Positions 60,459 through 64,000 of a stretch of DNA of 64,000 nt are shown piece by piece. The notes beneath the pieces were generated by a model, which was given only the letters and a program-made list of their open reading frames with translations, had not been told where the DNA came from and ran no database searches. Positions within the stretch are counted from its first letter, which is position 1, and each line of letters opens with the position of its first letter. This DNA comes from Paraphysomonas bandaiensis (taxonomy: Eukaryota; Protista; Chrysophyceae), in assembly GCA_965644295.1 (NCBI GenBank), contig CBFFRP010000030.1, positions 1,079-65,078 of the forward strand, read 5' to 3'. Position numbers and translations under genes: made by a program.

Positions 60459-63400
60459 TATTAGAGATAAAGATTGAACGATAAGGCCTAATAGTATAAT
60501 AGCAAGACACGTTTGAGCAGAGCGTTAGCACCACACACATGTGCGTATCTTGTACAGTCGCGTATCATGTATAGTTTGGTAATTATTCAGTCTATTTGGT
60601 ATTTCATTGTATATGTGTGTTGTATTCACGCGTTAAGAGATATACGTGAATCAATGACTCCTAATACTCCCCCTCAATGAAATAATCATATGGCGTATAC
60701 ATAGATATATGGATATAGGTGTATATATTTGGAGATAGTTCTACTGAGGGTAAAACCCACGAGTGCAATCACAGATTGTGGATTACACTGATGTCAACAT
60801 ACAGCATACTCGTGGGAAACTCCGTAGATCTCTAAGTCATCCATCGTGGTCTCTTGGTTGAGTTCTCTGCCGGTGGGATAGATACTTTTGTTCTTTTATT
60901 GCTAGCAGGTATGTTGATACCTCCCCCCCATTAGTGAATCCCGCAATCTGTGGAACGTGTTTGATGTGAGGGGTTTAGTTAGAATGTCGGCCAGCATCTC
61001 GTTTGTAGGCATGTAATCAACAATAATAGAGTGCGATGCGACTTGTTCTCTTATGAAGTGATATCTGATGGCAATATGTTTTGTTCGTCGGTGGTGTACG
61101 GGGTTTAGGCATAGTTGAATTGCACCTTTGTTGTCACACCATATGGTTGTTGAGTATGGCATGTGGAAGCCCAATTCCGAGAGTAGTGACCGTAGCCAAA
61201 TAGCTTCTTGACATGCTGTTGATAGTGCCATGTACTCCGCTTCTGTAGAGGATAGAGCTACAGTGGTCTGGAGTCGTGATTGCCAGGAAATGAGACAATT
61301 TCCAATAAAGAAGCAAAACGCTGTGGTCGACCTGCGAGTTAAGTTACAGCGTGCCCAATCACTGTCAGCGAATCCAGTTAAAGTAACAGACTTCCCGGAG
61401 TACTGTAGACCTTGATCGATAGTGCCTTTGAGGTACCTAAGTATGTTTAATGCGGCTTTGCATGTAGTTAGATTTGGATTAGTACTGAAACGAGCAAGGG
61501 TGTTTACAGCATATGCAATATCAGGTCTAGTGCACACAGCAATATACATAAGTGAACCTATGAGCTCCTTGTAAGGAAAATTTTGGACAAATTCTTGATT
61601 TTCTTGAGATAGTTGTTTCTTTTCGAGAATGTCTATATGAAAATTTGTTGTCATGGGGTGACTACGTGGCTTGCAATCTTCCATGTTGAATCTGTGGAGT
61701 AGGTTCCGTATGTATTGAGATTGATTTAGTGTCGTAGTTCGATTCTGTATATCCTGTTTGACGAATATGCCGAGGTAGTAATCTAGGAGGCCGAGATCAT
61801 GAATGTCGAATTTTTCAGCTAACGAATTCTTGATTTGGATGATGTCAGTCCTACTTTTACCGGCGATAATGATGTCATCGACGTAAACTGCCAGAATTAT
61901 GGGTCGACCATTGATTGATTTCGTGAATATGCACGGGTCGGACACTAATCTGGTAAAACCACAGTCTAACAAATAATTAGTACAACATTTATACCAATTT
62001 AACCCGGACTGTTTGAGTCCGTATATACTCTTTAGAAGTCTGAGGACTTTACCGTTTGGAACATTGAGACCAGCGGGTGGATACATGTAAATTTCCTCTT
62101 GGAGGTCTGCATTGATGTAAGCAGTGGAGAAATCTACCTGGTGAAGCTCCAACCCAAGTATAGTTGCTAGTGCTATGACTGTTCTCATTGATGTGGCCTT
62201 TGCGACTGGGCTGTAGGTTTCGTTGTAGTCTTTACCCTCGACCTGGGAGAAACCTTGAGCCACTAACCTCGCCTTGAAGGTAACCTCATCTCGCTTGACC
62301 TTTACCCTAAACACGAATTTTCCCCTTATAATGTTGGAATTTGCTGGTGGTGTCGTTATCCTCCAACAGCCTTTGCTCTCTAGAGACTTGATTTCTTTGT
62401 TGATGGCTTTCAGCCATTGTTCCTTGTACCTGCCTGATAGTGCCTCGCCAACATTGTTAGGTGTGTTAGGTACATCATTGCTACATGTGTCATTTGCATG
62501 CATAATGATGTCAACATCATTCATGTATAATGTTCTGTAACTATCATGTTTATCAGGTGTTTTGTGGTTGTACAAATATCTTTTATCAACATCACAGTGG
62601 TATATATTATCACCGAATTTGTGTACATTCATGATTACCCTTTTCCTGGTCTGCCTCTTGCTGTGGAGACTTTTCTTTACGCAACGGCTCACCTTGTGTC
62701 GGTGGGGTGTCCTTACACCCGTAATTGTGCCATCCGGGCTTTGCCGGCTCCTGTCACCCTGGGAATTCACAGTCTTGATAGCTCGTTTGACCTTACGAGC
62801 AGGGTGATCACGCTTGTTGTCACCCCGTGCCTCCTTCGGCACTGTATTCCGCTGAGCTTCTGCTGTGCGGCGAGGCCTTGCCTCCTTTTCATTTGAGTAG
62901 GGTCCTCTCAAATGGCTGTGACTCCCGCCCCGTGTGGCGTCATGACGGCTGTCGGTTGAACTGCTCCTCCCTGGAGCTGTTCCTTCCACGGGGCATCCTG
63001 GTTCCTCTTGCGGGGGTGATACCGCGTTCTGATAACTGAAGTGCTCGGCGGTGTATCTTTCGATGTCCGCAGCGTGTATTGGGTCATTTAACTCGATGAC
63101 TCGCCCTTCATTTTCTCGTGGGGCCAATCCTCTGTAAGCAGCCACGTGGCCTTTGATGACTGTGATTCTTGTCGTGATGTATTGGAGGCCATCCTGTGGA
63201 TCTGTGTGGGTCATTCCAACGAGGTATTGGAAGCTCTCGGTTGTTCGATTCTCTGAATTTTCTTCTCTCAGTGATGATTCGATTTCAGCGTAGTAGTTTT
63301 CCTTGACGTCGGGGATGCACTCATTGAAAAAGACGTGACTTGAGATTACGAAGTCCTTGAGTGAAGGTACATATATGACGTACCCTGGTCCATCTTCTCG

Positions 63401-64000
63401 GTATCCCATGAAGTACCCAATATGGCTATGTGGAGACCAATCGTTTCTTCTCTGAGACTTGTCTATGAATGTATGGCATTTGCAGCCCCAAATCCTGGCG
63501 TAAGATAAATCAGGGGCCTCGTCGTGGATGAACTGATACGGTGATATGAATCCCTTTGCAGTGGCGCATGGCAGGCGATTTTTCATATGCGTGACGGTGG
63601 ACATAGCCTGTTCCCAGAAGTTGGGTGGTAGGCCCGAGTTGCAAATGGATGCAAGCGTTCTTTCCTTGGTCGTGCGCCATGGTCGTTCTTGTATGGGGTT
63701 GTCTTCTGGCGTGTACGGAGCGTTGAAGGTCCAGGTTGATCCTAATTTTCTCAGCAAGTTCAGTACACGATGTGATACTAGCTCACGGCCACCATCAGCA
63801 TGATAGTGTATTAGCCGTTTGCCTTTCGAATGCAGATAATCCACAATTTTCTGAATGCACTCAATGACAAAATCCTCGGTTCTGTGTTTTCCATAGAATG
63901 TCCAACTGAATCTTGAAGCTGCATCGGTAGCTCCAAAGACTACGGTGTTTCCTGTGACTATTGCTGGAGGTGAAAATGGTCCAGTAAAATCAACTGCTAT
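60459..64000 (-). mobile_element. Ty1/copia retrotransposon, 3' part (continues beyond the window); putative 3' LTR 60459-60666
   Basis: Open pol frame; PPT TTGAGGGGGAG (60667-60677, minus) directly followed by TATTAGGAG; TATTAG/CTAATA inverted termini 208 bp apart. Confidence 0.9.
60902..64000 (-). CDS. Copia Pol (integrase, RT, RNase H), 5'-partial
   Basis: Frame open to the window edge (IAVDFTGP...); YHADGGREL, YVDD, ADSDWA, RTKHIAIRYHFIRE. Confidence 0.95.
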   Translation of the reverse strand: MAVDFTGPFSPPAIVTGNTVVFGATDAASRFSWTFYGKHRTEDFVIECIQKIVDYLHSKGKRLIHYHADGGRELVSHRVLNLLRKLGSTWTFNAPYTPEDNPIQERPWRTTKERTLASICNSGLPPNFWEQAMSTVTHMKNRLPCATAKGFISPYQFIHDEAPDLSYARIWGCKCHTFIDKSQRRNDWSPHSHIGYFMGYREDGPGYVIYVPSLKDFVISSHVFFNECIPDVKENYYAEIESSLREENSENRTTESFQYLVGMTHTDPQDGLQYITTRITVIKGHVAAYRGLAPRENEGRVIELNDPIHAADIERYTAEHFSYQNAVSPPQEEPGCPVEGTAPGRSSSTDSRHDATRGGSHSHLRGPYSNEKEARPRRTAEAQRNTVPKEARGDNKRDHPARKVKRAIKTVNSQGDRSRQSPDGTITGVRTPHRHKVSRCVKKSLHSKRQTRKRVIMNVHKFGDNIYHCDVDKRYLYNHKTPDKHDSYRTLYMNDVDIIMHANDTCSNDVPNTPNNVGEALSGRYKEQWLKAINKEIKSLESKGCWRITTPPANSNIIRGKFVFRVKVKRDEVTFKARLVAQGFSQVEGKDYNETYSPVAKATSMRTVIALATILGLELHQVDFSTAYINADLQEEIYMYPPAGLNVPNGKVLRLLKSIYGLKQSGLNWYKCCTNYLLDCGFTRLVSDPCIFTKSINGRPIILAVYVDDIIIAGKSRTDIIQIKNSLAEKFDIHDLGLLDYYLGIFVKQDIQNRTTTLNQSQYIRNLLHRFNMEDCKPRSHPMTTNFHIDILEKKQLSQENQEFVQNFPYKELIGSLMYIAVCTRPDIAYAVNTLARFSTNPNLTTCKAALNILRYLKGTIDQGLQYSGKSVTLTGFADSDWARCNLTRRSTTAFCFFIGNCLISWQSRLQTTVALSSTEAEYMALSTACQEAIWLRSLLSELGFHMPYSTTIWCDNKGAIQLCLNPVHHRRTKHIAIRYHFIREQVASHSIIVDYMPTNEMLADILTKPLTSNTFHRLRDSLMGGRYQHTC

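Noticed and set aside
1-64000. tRNA or rRNA genes
   Set aside because: No cloverleaf or rRNA-like sequence recognised by eye; tRNAscan-SE and Infernal would be needed to exclude them.

Overview
Eukaryotic nuclear DNA: compact GT-AG intron-containing genes (most introns about 45-65 nt) interleaved with transposable elements. A Derlin with a bipartite-looking N-terminal leader suggests a stramenopile with a complex red plastid (ochrophyte-like; inference). Host genes: eIF4G, TBL1/TBL1XR1-like, a BED-finger protein, a small secreted Cys-rich protein missed by the ORF track, RFWD3-like, NOP56, an SH3 protein, Derlin, two near-identical ELAV/Hu-like RRM genes, a PPIL6-like cyclophilin, DNAJB11/ERdj3-like and a CAP-Gly/IQ protein. 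Mobile DNA: one intact, very young Ty1/copia element (319-bp LTRs, TTAGC TSD), one copia running off the right edge whose LTR is bounded by TA...TA, a decayed copia, LTR fragments, hAT relics and a MITE. The most striking structure is a head-to-tail dimer of a 5559-bp unit (21292-32414) encoding a Crypton-type tyrosine recombinase. The unit is bounded by AAAAA direct repeats and inverted CTATGTAAAA subterminal motifs, carries a nested PIF/Harbinger deletion derivative, and sits between the divergent RFWD3 and NOP56 genes. No tRNA, rRNA or CRISPR array was recognised. All identities and alignments were read by eye.
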